Assembly: GCA_902510995.1 (NCBI GenBank) | Contig: CABXDL010000003.1 | Coordinates: 22 to 64,021, forward strand | Direction of reading: 5' to 3' | Length of the DNA: 64,000 nucleotides | From: an uncultured Candidatus Actinomarina sp. | GTDB taxonomy: Bacteria; Actinomycetota; Acidimicrobiia; Actinomarinales; Actinomarinaceae | In this document: one piece after another, positions 63,106-64,000 of the stretch | Layout: every line of letters begins with the position of its first letter | How positions within the stretch are numbered: position 1 is the first letter of the stretch | Notes under the pieces: model-generated | Databases searched by the model: none | What the model was told of the DNA's origin: nothing | Seen by the model: only the letters and a program-made list of their open reading frames with translations | Translations under genes and position numbers: made by a program

Positions 63106-64000
63106 TAATGTAAACCCTTACCGCTTAGAGACATTAAAGATTCTCCGATAGCTTCACTTAATGTAGGGTGCGCATGAATAAATTCAGCAGCTTCACTTGG
63201 AAGAGCTTCCCAACCAACCATATACATTAGCTCATGAATTAGCTCTCCTGCATTTGGTCCGCATACACTTGCTCCAACAATTGGACCATCTTCTTCTGCG
63301 TAAACTTTAACAACCCCTTGGTTTTGATTTTGTATCATAGCTCTACCTATTCCTACAAAGCTATGTTGAGATTGTGAAATATCCAACTCAGCTACCTTTG
63401 CTTTATCAGAATTTATACCTACTTCAGCTAATTCTGGATTTGTATATACAACATAAGGAATTGCTGAATAATTGACCGGGCTTTTCTCACCTGTAGCTAT
63501 ATGTGTAATTGCTGAAATTGCTTCTGCGAAAGCTACGTGTGCTAACTGTGGGGAGTCTTTTACTATATCGCCTAATGCATAAATACTATCAACAGATGTT
63601 TTCATTGTTTCAAGATCTACTGGTATGAATCCATTTTCAATTGTTATACCTACATTCTCTAACCCCATACTCTCAGTAAATGGTTTACGTCCAATAGCTA
63701 CTAATACAGATTCGAAATTTTCTTTCTCTCCATCAGAAAATATTAATTCTTTATCATTTACACTTTCTATTGAAGTTTGTAATTTAAAATTAACCCCTCT
63801 TTTTGTTAGCTGTTTTCTTAGCTCACCAGAGGTTCTTTTATCTAATCCTGGTAGTATTTCCTCCTCAAGCTCAACAACAGTAACTTCTGAACCAAGATCT
63901 ACAAGCAAACTTGCAAATTCACAACCGATTGCTCCTGCACCAACTATACAGACACTGCTAGGTGGCTTGTTCCAGTTCAATGCTGTATCTGAACTTATTA
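63105..64000 (-). CDS. lpdA: Dihydrolipoyl dehydrogenase (E3), C-terminal about 300 aa; N-terminus beyond the window
   Basis: The frame stays open to the window edge (..ISSDTALNWNKPP). The NAD motif VGAGAIGCEFA and the dimerisation/active-site HAHPTLSEA are present. TAATG forms a stop/start overlap with E1. Confidence 0.9.
   Translation of the reverse strand, partial: ISSDTALNWNKPPSSVCIVGAGAIGCEFASLLVDLGSEVTVVELEEEILPGLDKRTSGELRKQLTKRGVNFKLQTSIESVNDKELIFSDGEKENFESVLVAIGRKPFTESMGLENVGITIENGFIPVDLETMKTSVDSIYALGDIVKDSPQLAHVAFAEAISAITHIATGEKSPVNYSAIPYVVYTNPELAEVGINSDKAKVAELDISQSQHSFVGIGRAMIQNQNQGVVKVYAEEDGPIVGASVCGPNAGELIHELMYMVGWEALPSEAAEFIHAHPTLSEAIGESLMSLSGKGLH

Noticed and set aside
1-64000. 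A scan for CRISPR arrays, rRNA genes, IS elements, transposases, integrases, toxin-antitoxin pairs, restriction-modification systems or other recognisable defence systems.
   Set aside because: None was found. There are no spaced direct repeats and no DDE, tyrosine-recombinase or serine-recombinase motifs. No large non-coding gaps exist apart from ssrA. The only AbrB/MazE-like gene has no partner toxin.

Overview
This is an AT-rich (about 30-33% GC by eye), extremely gene-dense chromosomal segment. I count about 64 protein-coding genes, one tRNA (Gln-UUG) and the tmRNA gene, and roughly 80% of the genes lie on the minus strand. Start/stop overlaps are common, and several convergent gene pairs overlap at their 3' ends.

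Several features point to a genome-streamlined, low-GC actinobacterium, possibly marine Actinomarinales-like. This assignment is inference only, since no database search was possible. The features are:
- a WhiB regulator, a DUF3107-like small protein and a mycoredoxin-like CGDC glutaredoxin;
- F420 genes cofD/fbiA and cofE, and a DUF3152-like HExxH protein;
- mycobacterium-like synteny (tatD-rsmA-ispE...tRNA-Gln-glmU-prs and prfB-ftsE-ftsX...smpB...ssrA).

The content is mostly housekeeping:
- thrC-hom, prs, glmU, ispE, rsmA, rsmI, secA and prfB (with its programmed +1 frameshift), ahcY and tkt;
- a 2-oxoacid dehydrogenase operon (E3, fused E1 alpha-beta, E2, fused LipB-LipA);
- a class A PBP, a SpoIID-domain protein, pepA, and prpC/prpD-like genes.

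Accessory-looking content:
- five or six exported proteins with poly-threonine linkers, four of them carrying HExxH zinc-protease motifs;
- a candidate three-component glycosylation module (GT2 / GtrA-like / 731-aa polytopic protein plus a translationally coupled Zn-ribbon protein) beside mannose-activation genes;
- a small redox neighbourhood between smpB and ssrA.

I saw no transposase, integrase, phage gene, CRISPR array or rRNA.

The strongest finding is an AhpD/CMD-family gene interrupted by a single in-frame TGA exactly at the second cysteine of its C-x-x-C-x-x-x-H motif. A GC-rich hairpin built from rare codons follows it. This makes it a candidate selenoprotein (C-x-x-U), or otherwise a very recent pseudogene.

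All product calls rest on motif and architecture recognition by eye, and coordinates of sub-features are approximate to a few nt.
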